DNA of 61,140 nt from an uncultured Gammaproteobacteria bacterium (GCA_964641255.1 CAZXMM010000002.1:1-61140); one strand, 5' to 3'; positions 1-10,203 are shown, counted from the stretch's first letter. A program made the numbers and translations. The notes: generated by a model not told the origin, from the letters alone.

Positions 1-649
1 CAGTGGCGGTGGCGGTAGTAGACTTCTTACACGCATTATTGTCACAAATGAGAAAGCCATCATCTGGAGTAGGGTCGTCAGTGGGAGTGCATTTTTTAAT
101 ATCGATGAAATCCAACTGAAAAACCCTGGTCGGGTTGTTAGTTTGCGGGGGCAAAGGGATAATTTCAATCTTGTGTTTGCCACAAGGTAACACGCGCGAA
201 GTCCAAGGGGAATTATTTTGATAATTGAGTCGATCGGTATTACTAAAGCTGTCAAACGTACCAACATTTTTACCATCTATAACCACTTTAGCTTTAGTGC
301 GGCGTGGGGCACTTAAAAAACCGACTTTTACTTGATCGAAAGAAAAATTTTCGGAACTTAAATCGAGAACGGCCTTACTGTCTGCAAATTTGTTTGAAGA
401 CGTATCAATGCTTTGGTGCCAGCTGCCACCACGAGCTTTGTAGCTGCCACCGTTTTTATTCAGTACAAAATGAGAATATTTAAAACGCGAGTCACTGTTT
501 TCAATTTTGACCCATTTATCTCCAGCCGCGAAATTGACCAGCAAATTTTTTCCAGTCTGCAGTCCGTAAACAATAAAAAGCCCTGCTATAGCTACTAACA
601 GGAGTATTACTAGTGACAGTAGTGTTTTATTGCGACTGATTATTTTCAT
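1..649 (-). CDS. membrane-anchored/secreted hypothetical protein (3' end cut by window edge); its C-terminal part enters the Cys-module family
   Basis: Minus-strand frame is open from ATG 649-647 (GGAG just upstream) to position 1, checked codon by codon. N-terminal anchor LLSLVILLLVAIAGLFIVYG. The end reads DDGFLICDNNACKKSTTATAT. Absent from the ORF track because no stop lies inside the window. Confidence 0.6.
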   Translation of the reverse strand, partial: MKIISRNKTLLSLVILLLVAIAGLFIVYGLQTGKNLLVNFAAGDKWVKIENSDSRFKYSHFVLNKNGGSYKARGGSWHQSIDTSSNKFADSKAVLDLSSENFSFDQVKVGFLSAPRRTKAKVVIDGKNVGTFDSFSNTDRLNYQNNSPWTSRVLPCGKHKIEIIPLPPQTNNPTRVFQLDFIDIKKCTPTDDPTPDDGFLICDNNACKKSTTATAT

Positions 650-704
650 AAACTCCATTTAGTATAACACTGGCTGTTTAGTTTCTGCCATTGACAAAGG
701 TTGA

Positions 705-1514
705 GTGCCCATGGTTGAATGGACTACATCTATGGCAATAGCAAGCACTACTACTAGTAGTAAACGATCTTTCCCCAAACTAAACCTCAGTTTCTTAAAT
801 GATAGTCCAATAGTTTCTATTCTCGCCGCCATGGTGATCTTTCTCTTGGGAGCGGCCATGGGTGGCATGTATACTAAAATTCAGTATTTGGAAGGTAAAA
901 CTCCTGGAGTAACTCCAACGGTGGTTCAAAATCCTACCGCTCCGGCCGCTCCTTCTGAGCCTGAAGCCCCCACGGTGGTGACCCCAACGGTGACAGCTAA
1001 TGACCCTTTTCTGGGGAACGCTAACGCCGAAGTTACTATTGTTGAGTGGGCAGATTATCAGTGTCCATTTTGTGAACGGTATTTTACTGACATCTTTGGT
1101 CAAATTAAGAAAGACTATATCGATACTGGCAAGGTTAAATTTGTCTTTAAGAACTTAGCTTTCCTTGGTAAAGAGTCGACTGACGCGGCCAACGCCGCGA
1201 TGTGTGCCAAGGAACAGAATAAATTCTGGGAATATCATGACTATCTCTTTACCAACCAACAGGGAGAAAATCAGGGAGCTTTTTCAGTGGACAACCTGAA
1301 AAAGTTTGCCGTGACACTGGGGCTAAACGCAGCCCAATTTAACAGCTGCTTAGATAGCCAAAAATATAATACCCAGGTTCAGGAAGATATCGCTGATGCT
1401 AATAAGAACGGCTTTAATAGCACTCCTTCAACGGCGGTAGGGAGTACACCCATTGTGGGAGCTCAGCCCTACGCTACCTTCAAAGCGGCCATTGAGGCCG
1501 AACTGGCAAAATAA
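705..1514 (+). CDS. DsbA-family thiol:disulfide oxidoreductase, membrane-anchored
   Basis: Thioredoxin-fold active site WADYQCPFCERYF (CPFC). TM helix IVSILAAMVIFLLGAAMGG. The true start may be an internal ATG (711, 732 or 831). Confidence 0.8.
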   Translation: MPMVEWTTSMAIASTTTSSKRSFPKLNLSFLNDSPIVSILAAMVIFLLGAAMGGMYTKIQYLEGKTPGVTPTVVQNPTAPAAPSEPEAPTVVTPTVTANDPFLGNANAEVTIVEWADYQCPFCERYFTDIFGQIKKDYIDTGKVKFVFKNLAFLGKESTDAANAAMCAKEQNKFWEYHDYLFTNQQGENQGAFSVDNLKKFAVTLGLNAAQFNSCLDSQKYNTQVQEDIADANKNGFNSTPSTAVGSTPIVGAQPYATFKAAIEAELAK

Positions 1515-1605
1515 CTAGGAGATAATGTTAGAGGCGTTGCGTCCTCCTGGAAAATTAAGCGTTTTCTTGTATTTCTACTGCTAACTGACTATTCTTAATC
1601 ATAAA

Positions 1606-3201
1606 GTGAAGATACCAACTTCTGGGTCAGTAGCGACAGCCGTAATAGCCCTGCTCTTTTTATTGGGGGGTGGAATTGTGGTTTTTTTATTGAGCCAGAA
1701 CAGGCTTAGCTTTAATTCTCGGGCCAGTAGTACAGAAACTGAAAGTTTACAAGAAAAAATCTTACAAGGAAAAGCCGTAAAAAAGAAATTAGGAGTAATC
1801 ATTTTTAACCCCAAACTAAAAAGCAAAGGTCAAAAAACCCTGGTCGAATATAAAAACTGGAACGATCCCGACCAAATGACTGAGGCTCTCATCAAAGATT
1901 TCCAAGAGGTGAGTGGAGGCTACCTAAATTACGAAGTTAGCTACCGCCGGGAAGTAAACGACTTTGAAAAGAAAACTGACGGTTTTCGCTACGATGAAAA
2001 AACTCTACTGGCTGCACTTAATGACCCAACTAAAGCTCATAGCCCCAACGAAATAGATTACCCCTGGCTAATCAGTGCTTACAAGTTATGCGATCTGTTT
2101 AATAGGGGGAAGGTTGAGGAAATCTGGTTGTGGGGCCACCCACTTTCAGGTTACGAAGAGGCTGTGATTATGGGTCCCGGCGCCTTTCCAATCTTTGGTA
2201 GTACCGATCCCATAATAGGAACAGACTGTAAGGGGAAATTAATTTTGATGGGTTTTAACTATGAGCGCGGCTTGGGTATGGCCCTAGAATCATATGGCCA
2301 CCGGGTAGAAGCCACAATGAGACATGTATTTGGCGGTTCGTGGGCATATAAATATGGTCCTCCTCCAGCCAATAATCCTGCCAACCCTACCCCCTGGGAC
2401 AGGTTTACCAAGCGAGGTTTTGATCCGGAATTACCCTCTGGTTGTGGCAACATTCACGGCGGTCTAAACACTTTAGAATATGATCCGAACAATTTTTATA
2501 ATTATGACTGGACAAACACCGCTACAGTTCGAAGTTATTGTGAGGATTTTCTCACTTATCCCGCAGTCGGTAGCGAAATTAAAAATATAAGTTGTGAAGC
2601 CTGGGCGGATTGTTCTCCTTGCACCCCATTTTCTCCAGAGAGAGGAACGTGTCGGAATAAGTGGCTTGATTATGGCTATGCTTTTAAAAAATGGTGGCTT
2701 AGCCATTTACCCCGAGCGAACTATTTTACTAGCGGTATTGCTAATAATTGGTGGGCTTACATCGCAAACTATGACAAAACGATTAAAACAAAAGTCGAAG
2801 CAACCACCTGCCGGCTCGAATACTATGAGGATAATAGTAAAAATATTCCCGGTAAATATTATCTTGAAAACAAAATCACCACCGCTGGTCCGGGCCAAAC
2901 TATTGTACTGTATGCCGGGGTTGTCAATATTGGAACTATTACTACTAACGTGTCATTAGTAGATAACCGTCTGGCGACAGATTTGACTGCGATTGACGGC
3001 GATAGCCACTGTTCAAAAACTAACCAAGGCTATACTTGTCGTGGGTATAGGATTACTCCTGGTCAGACCAGTGGAGGAGCTTATCGGGTGAAATTATCCC
3101 CAGCGTTAGTGCCCGGTACCATAATTGATGGTAGACTAATCGTCTATAAAGATAGCGTCGTTGATGAGCTATGTGCTACGGCGCAGCTCAAAATTAACTA
3201 A
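1606..3201 (+). CDS. secreted hypothetical protein, paralog A of an uncharacterised ~380-aa extracellular domain
   Basis: GTG start and N-terminal TM anchor. Colinear motif matches to 4311..6071: VSGGYLNYE/VSGGYLKYQ, TDGFRYDE/TDGFKYND, EIWLWGHPLSGY/ELWLSAYPYSGF, GHRVEATMRHVFG/GHRLESTMRQIYG, CGNIHG/CGNVHF, KWWLSHLP/KWWLSHIP. Confidence 0.6.
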   Translation: MKIPTSGSVATAVIALLFLLGGGIVVFLLSQNRLSFNSRASSTETESLQEKILQGKAVKKKLGVIIFNPKLKSKGQKTLVEYKNWNDPDQMTEALIKDFQEVSGGYLNYEVSYRREVNDFEKKTDGFRYDEKTLLAALNDPTKAHSPNEIDYPWLISAYKLCDLFNRGKVEEIWLWGHPLSGYEEAVIMGPGAFPIFGSTDPIIGTDCKGKLILMGFNYERGLGMALESYGHRVEATMRHVFGGSWAYKYGPPPANNPANPTPWDRFTKRGFDPELPSGCGNIHGGLNTLEYDPNNFYNYDWTNTATVRSYCEDFLTYPAVGSEIKNISCEAWADCSPCTPFSPERGTCRNKWLDYGYAFKKWWLSHLPRANYFTSGIANNWWAYIANYDKTIKTKVEATTCRLEYYEDNSKNIPGKYYLENKITTAGPGQTIVLYAGVVNIGTITTNVSLVDNRLATDLTAIDGDSHCSKTNQGYTCRGYRITPGQTSGGAYRVKLSPALVPGTIIDGRLIVYKDSVVDELCATAQLKIN

Positions 3202-3220
3202 GTCCCTTGCACTTCTTAGG

Positions 3221-4297
3221 GTGAACTATTACATTAATTGTGTGAGTAAAAAATTTACTGGTGGTTTTGCCCCACTTCTGAGTTTGATCATAGTATTTGT
3301 GCTGGCTTTAGGCGTGGCTGGGGCGGTGGTAGTGATTAATCGTAGCCAGGGAACCCAGTTTTTCTCTAATGCTGGCAGGAATCAAAGTGAAGCAATTGAA
3401 GAATCTATAGCAGCTGTTCCTGCAGATCTAGGATTGACTGTTGTTCCTAAACTTAATCCTGAAATGGGTAAAATTGATTTGGTTGCCAAGTGGAAAAACC
3501 CAAGATCGGTCGAATCTGAGGGGAAACTGACACTTTCCCATTACAAGATTACCGTTCGGAAAATGCCTATTACTGACTATGCTACTAATTTGATTAGTGA
3601 TTATAGTCTGGCTAAGGTCTTAGTAAGCGAAAACCCAAGTCGAACCCTTACCGCTTTACCAGTCAAAAGTGGCGAAAGCTACTACGTCCAGCTTCGAGCA
3701 ATTTATTACAATAATGAAAGTAAAAAAGTATTAGTTAAGGTCCAGCGAGTCGAGTTTGAGTATTTTGAGGACAGATTCGAGAATAACTTGAGAAACTGGA
3801 TTAATGATAGTCCTAATTCTATTAAGCCAAGCATAAATAACGGACAACTTTTGATAGAGACTATCGGGCCGACCCGTGATGCCAGACTAGTAGTCAAGCC
3901 AGGAGCAATTCCAAAAATAAAAAACAGGCTTACCCCTTATGCTGTTGGCGTGACCGTATCTGGCTATGTAAATGAACTAGGACTGGAGGGGGGAGATGTT
4001 TCTCTGGTGGGATCAGGAACTCGTGAATATGGATTCAATTTTAGAAACACAGGTATACCCCGGGTTTACTTATTGGTTCCAGGCGGACCAGATAATGGGT
4101 ACTATAACATCCCGCTTCAACCACCGATTACTTTGACTAGCTATTTCGATGGGTCTAATTTTTCCTATCTTTACAATTTTAATCAAATTGGTGATAGTTT
4201 TTTTGCAGTAGCTCCAGTATCCTCCCTTTCGTTGGGATTCTCTGGAAATGGTTATAGTGTGTACCTAGATGATTTTAGGTTGGTTTGGGTGAAATAG
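3221..4297 (+). CDS. membrane-anchored hypothetical protein with an FN3-like segment
   Basis: 378-aa ORF in the track from 3161. Likely start is GTG 3221 or 3242, just before KKFTGGFAPLLSLIIVFVLALGVAG. The N-terminus resembles the next gene (RFSSGFAPIVVVLALALLGAG). Confidence 0.5.
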   Translation: MNYYINCVSKKFTGGFAPLLSLIIVFVLALGVAGAVVVINRSQGTQFFSNAGRNQSEAIEESIAAVPADLGLTVVPKLNPEMGKIDLVAKWKNPRSVESEGKLTLSHYKITVRKMPITDYATNLISDYSLAKVLVSENPSRTLTALPVKSGESYYVQLRAIYYNNESKKVLVKVQRVEFEYFEDRFENNLRNWINDSPNSIKPSINNGQLLIETIGPTRDARLVVKPGAIPKIKNRLTPYAVGVTVSGYVNELGLEGGDVSLVGSGTREYGFNFRNTGIPRVYLLVPGGPDNGYYNIPLQPPITLTSYFDGSNFSYLYNFNQIGDSFFAVAPVSSLSLGFSGNGYSVYLDDFRLVWVK

Positions 4298-4310
4298 TCC
4301 AGAAGTAGCT

Positions 4311-6071
4311 ATGGCAACAAGATTTTCTTCGGGTTTTGCCCCAATTGTCGTGGTCCTTGCGTTGGCTCTGCTCGGGGCTGGCCTCTTTGTGGGCGTAGGT
4401 CTGGTGCAGCAACAAACTACTACAGTTACTAAAGCCGCGCCTTTGGTAACAAGAGTCCATTGGGAAGAAAACAATCGTATCCTATCTGATAGTTTTTTCT
4501 CTACTAGGCGTTTTAAAGACCTCAAAGCCAGTGGTAAATATTACGCGGCTATTTTTGGCGGCGGTAGGGGATATATTAGTTTCTTTGGTAAAAAATTTAC
4601 TTTGGGGTTGGCTAAGGGAAATACTGGGGGCAAAGGACTGTTGAAAATTAAGATTAAGGGGTTGGAAGACCATAAGGTTTATTACAACCAAACTCAGGTG
4701 CTCAACCAGCGCAAGCCTGGAGCCATGGAGTATTACAAATTGCCCTCCGATTTGATGATGGCTAAGGCACCAAAAGGACAGTGTTATGACATCACGATTG
4801 ATATCATAAACCCTAACCCCGATGACCATCAGGGAAATCACCTCAGGGATTTACTTTTCTTTGACTATATCGATGCCGAGCAGTGTGATGCTTCAGATAA
4901 GCCAGTTTTTGTCTGCAAAAACAACGCTTGCACCATCTCTAGAAGTGGACGCAATTCTGACACTCGCTGTGAGGGACATCTTCTTAATGATCCGTGCGGC
5001 TATTTGACTTGTCAAAATAACGCCTGTGTGATTGATAGTAGCGCTAACTCCAGTGATCAGGGTTGCCTAGGTGGTAGGTTCCCAAATGACACTTGTCAAG
5101 GACAAGCGACTGTCCCCACCCCAATTGTTAAAAAGGTTCAGGTCATAATTTATGACCCTATTCTAGAAAATTATGATAACAAACGTCTTAGTAGTCACCT
5201 GACTGGTATTGAGATTTCGCCAGAGGGGGAAATCAATAATTTAATTACTGATATGGAGACCGTTAGTGGCGGCTATCTTAAATACCAGATAGCAGAGATC
5301 AAAAAACTAGATGAATACCTGGAGTATACCGATGGATTTAAGTACAACGATGAGACTTACTTATCAGCCTGGGATAACGGGCAAAGTTTTGATCACGGCA
5401 GCGCTAAAACTTTTATGGCCAATTTCAATAAAATACTCGCCGAGCATAATACCTGCCAAAAGCTAAATGTCGGGGAAATTGACGAGTTGTGGCTGTCAGC
5501 TTATCCTTATTCAGGCTTTTGGGAAAGCTTTCTGGCTGGTCCCAGACAGTCATTTTTCTTAAACGGTCCAGAGCTGAAGATTGATGCTTGCCAAAAGTTT
5601 CTTCCTGTCATGGGCTACGATTCTTCTTCGGGAGCTGACTACATGCTCCATGACATGGGCCACCGTTTGGAGTCAACTATGAGACAGATCTACGGTAACG
5701 GCGCGTGGCCAGGTGATGATTCCAATCCCTGGTCTACCTTTTCACTGCGTCAGTATGATATGCCTGGGAAAATTTACTGCGGTAATGTACATTTCCCTCC
5801 CAACGTTAACGAGGAGGAGCAGTACTACTATTGGTCTCCCCAAGAAGTAAATACTTCTTGTGACGACTGGTCTTTGTACCCAGATCTTCCTAATCCACCA
5901 ACAACGAAAAATATTACTTGTACCGAGTGGGAATGTACTCCCTACGGCTATTACAAGTGGTGGTTAAGTCACATTCCGAAAAAAGATGGCAAATACCAAG
6001 GGACTGACCTTAACTGGTGGAAATATTTTGCTGATCTAAACTATACAATGAGTATTCTTGAGGCAAGATAG
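4311..6071 (+). CDS. secreted hypothetical protein: two Cys modules plus paralog B of the uncharacterised extracellular domain
   Basis: N-terminal anchor. VCKNNACTISRSGRNSDTRCEGHLLNDPC and TCQNNACVIDSSANSSDQGCLGGRFPNDTC at about 4905-5100. The C-terminal 400 aa is colinear with 1606..3201. Confidence 0.65.
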   Translation: MATRFSSGFAPIVVVLALALLGAGLFVGVGLVQQQTTTVTKAAPLVTRVHWEENNRILSDSFFSTRRFKDLKASGKYYAAIFGGGRGYISFFGKKFTLGLAKGNTGGKGLLKIKIKGLEDHKVYYNQTQVLNQRKPGAMEYYKLPSDLMMAKAPKGQCYDITIDIINPNPDDHQGNHLRDLLFFDYIDAEQCDASDKPVFVCKNNACTISRSGRNSDTRCEGHLLNDPCGYLTCQNNACVIDSSANSSDQGCLGGRFPNDTCQGQATVPTPIVKKVQVIIYDPILENYDNKRLSSHLTGIEISPEGEINNLITDMETVSGGYLKYQIAEIKKLDEYLEYTDGFKYNDETYLSAWDNGQSFDHGSAKTFMANFNKILAEHNTCQKLNVGEIDELWLSAYPYSGFWESFLAGPRQSFFLNGPELKIDACQKFLPVMGYDSSSGADYMLHDMGHRLESTMRQIYGNGAWPGDDSNPWSTFSLRQYDMPGKIYCGNVHFPPNVNEEEQYYYWSPQEVNTSCDDWSLYPDLPNPPTTKNITCTEWECTPYGYYKWWLSHIPKKDGKYQGTDLNWWKYFADLNYTMSILEAR

Positions 6072-6106
6072 GAAAACTATTCTTCTTTAACTCCAACTGC
6101 AGTAGA

Positions 6107-7033
6107 ATGAATCTAGTTATGGACCGGCTCACACCACTACTACTACAACTGCGCTCCCGGCTGCTTTTTTATAGCATTGTTGGGGGGGTAGTTTTGACCG
6201 GACTACTACTTTTTCTTCTCGTCAATGAGTCTCCTCTTTTCCCCAGACAAATTGCTGGAGAAAAAACCAAAGGAGAGGTAGCTCAGCCTACAATCGTAAA
6301 TGGAGAGCTGGTTTTACCCAAGGAGGTCTCCCTGGGTCAATCTGGGGGACTGGGACAACTAGCCCAGAACAATAGGTTGGTGGTTAATTCAGCCATTCTA
6401 AGTCCCGTCTATGACCAACAGCAAAAACTGACTGGTATTCGTATCCTGGGGGAGGTTACTAACATCGGCACCAAAGTGATTGACGGTGTTAGCCCGGTCG
6501 TCCGTTTTTTTAGCGACCAAGGGGTGTCAGTGGGGCAAAAGGTAGGCGTTCTTAGCTCTGGCTACCGGTTTTTTAGCCTAGAACCGGGAGCTAGAAGTGT
6601 TTATGATGTAACTGTCGATAATCCTCCGACCTCGGACCGTTTGGAAATTGTCATGAACGCGACCTCCGCTACCAGTTCTGCCTTGTTTGAGCCAATGAAA
6701 ATAGCTAGCCGGTCGGTGGAAGTAAAAACGGCCAAGCGGCAAATTGATGCTTCTGCTTCCGCCGAGCTGCCCAGTAGCGTGGAGTATTTTACCGTTAGCG
6801 GCAGCGTGGTGAACATCGCCAGTGATCCCTTTTCTGAAATTACAGTTTATGCTTGGGCTAAGGGGACCGATGGTAAAATCCTCTCTTTTGCCACCCAGGA
6901 ATTTAGAAACGATCTCTTAAACCCAAGTGATAAGTTGGATTTTAGGATTACCCTCCTACCCTTTAGAGAGGGGATTAGTTATGATACAACTGAAATTGCC
7001 GCCTGGGGCAAGAGGTATAAGTTGAATTTATAA
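6107..7033 (+). CDS. membrane-anchored hypothetical protein
   Basis: 308-aa ORF with TM helix LLFYSIVGGVVLTGLLLFLLV. No recognisable motif. Confidence 0.5.
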   Translation: MNLVMDRLTPLLLQLRSRLLFYSIVGGVVLTGLLLFLLVNESPLFPRQIAGEKTKGEVAQPTIVNGELVLPKEVSLGQSGGLGQLAQNNRLVVNSAILSPVYDQQQKLTGIRILGEVTNIGTKVIDGVSPVVRFFSDQGVSVGQKVGVLSSGYRFFSLEPGARSVYDVTVDNPPTSDRLEIVMNATSATSSALFEPMKIASRSVEVKTAKRQIDASASAELPSSVEYFTVSGSVVNIASDPFSEITVYAWAKGTDGKILSFATQEFRNDLLNPSDKLDFRITLLPFREGISYDTTEIAAWGKRYKLNL

Positions 7034-7109
7034 TAGGCACCAAAACGCAACTTATTAATGACAACTAGGACAACCAATGGTATAATTATTCTATAACCTA
7101 TAGGAAAGT

Positions 7110-7751
7110 ATGTTACCAACAAGACTAGAAACTGGGATCGATGATTCAGCAATAGGTGATCCCCTAACACTGGCTGAACCCCCTTCCTTTAACGATTTAA
7201 TGAAATCAGTTATGTCTGCCGGAGAGACAGTCTTAGCAATGGACCCCGAGGTTACAGATGCAACAGCTTCTATTGGCGACGGGTCTTTGTTTGGGGGCAT
7301 TAGAGCCACTACAGATATCACAGGTCTTGACGGCCAACGGTATGTTGTAGAGGTTCGCTGGGTAACACCAAATGGCCGGGAACTTAAACATGCTTCTCCA
7401 GAAAAAATTCAAAGTCTTTTAGAAGATGCACAAACATGGCGTAAACATCCACTGTGGGTTCAGGTAGATAAATTGAAAAGTGACCAAAATTCTCCAGCTG
7501 CCGACTTGGTTAGAGAAACGGTTCTATTGGCTGATGGGGGGTGGCCCAAAGCTCCTGCCATAACAAAAGAATTAGGTACAAGGCGACTGGTCGTAAGTGC
7601 TAATTTTGGAAAACTTGCGTGCCATACTAGTTATAAGGAAGATGACCGATTGGGACCGTCTAAGTACGTGGCCAATGCGGCTAAGTTTGCTGTAGCAGCA
7701 AACGAAGTTCTACGTAATCTTCGCTTACCCCAGGCTCTAGCTGCGGAATGA
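7110..7751 (+). CDS. hypothetical protein
   Basis: 213-aa ORF with coding-like composition and no recognisable motif. Confidence 0.4.
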   Translation: MLPTRLETGIDDSAIGDPLTLAEPPSFNDLMKSVMSAGETVLAMDPEVTDATASIGDGSLFGGIRATTDITGLDGQRYVVEVRWVTPNGRELKHASPEKIQSLLEDAQTWRKHPLWVQVDKLKSDQNSPAADLVRETVLLADGGWPKAPAITKELGTRRLVVSANFGKLACHTSYKEDDRLGPSKYVANAAKFAVAANEVLRNLRLPQALAAE

Positions 7752-7782
7752 AAAAGTCACGACCAGGCCAGCTAACAGCTCG

Positions 7783-7811
7783 TTGACTTAGCCATACTAT
7801 TTAATTATAAT
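7783..7811 (+). promoter_or_regulatory. sigma70-type promoter TTGACT-17-TATAAT, candidate 16S operon promoter
   Basis: TTGACT at 7783-7788, 17-nt spacer, TATAAT at 7806-7811. Lies in the intergenic region about 220 nt upstream of the 16S 5' end. Confidence 0.5.
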
Positions 7812-7863
7812 CGCGTCTAGAAATGAAGAAAACCTAGCTACGAGCTTAATGGTTAAATTTTTA

Positions 7864-7885
7864 ACCCGCTCCAGCGGGTTTTTTA
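7864..7885 (+). terminator. hairpin plus U-tract in the 16S leader (intrinsic terminator/attenuator or boxB-like hairpin)
   Basis: ACCCGC-tcca-GCGGGT followed by TTTTT. Confidence 0.45.
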
Positions 7886-7900
7886 GTCTCATTTCTTCCT

Positions 7901-7913
7901 CGCACCTTAACAA
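7901..7913 (+). promoter_or_regulatory. boxA-like element in the 16S leader
   Basis: CGCACCTTAACAA matches the E. coli boxA TGCTCTTTAACAA at 10 of 13 positions. It lies downstream of the hairpin, as in rrn leaders. Confidence 0.3.
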
Positions 7914-7969
7914 GTTAATATTTTTCTATTGACGAAAAGAAATTAAAGAATCGAACAGTCAATTTTTAT

Positions 7970-7997
7970 TTGACTTTTTTTAAAAGTGGTAGGAAAC
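7970..7997 (+). other. 5' arm of the pre-16S processing stem
   Basis: TTGAC-T7-AAAAGTGGTAGGAAAC is complementary to 11158-11183 (GTTTCCTGCCACTTTTAAAAAGTCAA), with one G-U pair and a 2-nt T bulge. The two arms bracket the 16S. Confidence 0.7.
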
Positions 7998-8936
7998 ATC
8001 TAGTTGTAATTTTTTACAATTAGCAATTTTTTTGAGAATTTGATCCTGGTTCAGGATGAACGCTGGCAGTGTGCCTTACGCATGCAAATCGAACGGGATT
8101 TATCCGCAAGGATAAATTTAGTGGTGGACGGGTGAGTAACACGTGGGAACGTACCCTTAGGTATAGGATACCTCGCCGAAAGGCGAGTTAATACTGTATG
8201 GTCTCGCAAGAGTAAAGCGCTTAACTGCGCGCCAAAGGAGCGGCCTGCGGCCTATCAGCTAGTTGGTGAGGTAAAGGCTTACCAAGGCGATGACGGGTAG
8301 GGGGTGTGAGAGCATGGCCCCCCACAATGGGACTGAGACACGGCCCTTACAACTACGGTTGGCAGCAACGGGGAATCGTTCGCAATGGGCGAAAGCCTGA
8401 CGACGCGACACTGCGTGGAGGATGACGGCCCTCGGGTTGTAAACTCCTTTTGATTGGAAAGAATACCTCGCAAGAGGTTTGACGGTACCAATAGAATAAG
8501 CCGCTACTAACTACGTGCCAGAAGTCTCGGTAATACGTAGGCGGCGAGCGTTATCCGGATTTATTGGGCGTAAAGAGACGTGTAGGCGGTCTCTCGCATC
8601 TTGTTTCAAAGACCCTGGCTCAACTGGGGGAAGGGGCAAGAGATGGAGTGACTAGAAATCTTTCGGGGCAACTGGAACTTTAGGTGAAGCAGTGAAATGC
8701 GTTGATATCTAAAGGAACACCGATGGCGAAGGCAGGTTGCTAGGAAGACTTTGACGCTGAGACTCGAAAGCTAGGGGAGAGAAGCAGATTAGAGACCTGC
8801 GTATTCCTAGCCGTAAACGCATGGGTGCTAGATACTCGTCCCGCCGAGAACGTAACAATTGTTGCGTCTTGGGCGGGATGAGTGTCGCAAGCTAACGCGT
8901 TAAGCACCCCGCCTGGGGAGTACGAGCGCAAGCTTA

Positions 8937-8970
<34 letters not shown>

Positions 8971-9412
8971 AGTGGAGCGTGTGGTTTAATTCGATTCTAA
9001 GCGAAGAACCTTACCAGGGCTTGACATGATACTGCAAGAGCACGGAAACGTGTTATCCTCGAGAGTGTATCAAAGCTGCTGCATGGCTGTCGTCAGCTCG
9101 TTCCGTGAGGAGTACCCTTAAGTGGGTTAACGAGCGCAACCCTCATCCTTTGTTAAATATTCAAAGGAAACTGCCCTGGCAAAACCAGGGAGGAAGGCGA
9201 GGACGATGTCAAGTCAGCACGGTGCTTATGTCCTGGGCTACACACACCCTACAATGGCGAAGAACAATGAGTCGCGAAGTCGTGAGGCTAAGCAAATCTC
9301 AGAAATTTCGCCCCAGTTCAGATTGAAGGCTGCAACCTGCCTTCATGAAGTCGGAATTGCTAGTAATGGCGCATCAGCAGGGCGCCGTGAATACGTTCTC
9401 GGGTCTTGTACA

Positions 9413-10203
9413 AATTAAAGGCGTCTGGCAGCTAAAGAAGCAAGATGGTGTGAATCCATCGCAATAGTAGAAGAACAGGACCTATCCCGTAAGAGAAGGT
9501 CTGAAGGGTTCGATGTAACAAAGAGCAGCCCAAATATAAAAAGATGCATCGACTCTTAGGTGTACTAAGAGGAAGATGCTCAAAAAAATCTTTTGGGATG
9601 TTTGAAAGTGTTTCTTAAGTGACCCAGAGAGATCCTGTATCACACACAAGAACAATTTTGGGTACAGGAAGTCAGCTGAGTCCATAGTAGTTAGAAGTTG
9701 TATACTTTTAACGAAGGGATGAACTCTAAACTAAACCCTTATTATTTGGTTGGTCTTGTTGATGGAGAAGGCTGCTTTTGTGTAACCTTCAATAAACACA
9801 AGAATAATCGACTCCTTGAAGTTAGACTCATCTTTGAGATCGAACTTCGGAAAGACGATAGGGAAATCTTAGAAAGAGTAAGAGAAACTTTGCAGTGCGG
9901 CAACATTTACGATCTCTCTTATGAGAGATACAGCAAATGGAAACCCCATTGTAAATTTAAAGTTTCCAATATAAAGGATATTACTCAAAAAGTGATTCCT
10001 TTCTTTCAAGATTTTCCTTTACAAGCAAAAAAGAAGCACAGTTTTAAAACATTCTGCGAAGTCGCAAAGTTAATGCTGAATAAGCAACATTTGACCGCTT
10101 CTGGGATTAATGAAATTAGGGCTTTGAGGGAATTTAGTAAGAGACTCGCTGGATGCGGGAAATCCGCACGTCCAGTGGGGAGGGACAGGTTTCTGATCCC
10201 AGT
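9413..10203 (+). mobile_element. 16S intervening sequence 1 (intron-like, class undetermined), inserted in the TGTACA/CACCGCCCGTC block (E. coli ~1397)
   Basis: The conserved 16S sequence breaks after ...CTTGTACA and resumes at CACCGCCCGTCA. Boundaries are uncertain by a few nt. No canonical terminal G or GAAGATATAGTC motif was seen. Confidence 0.6.
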
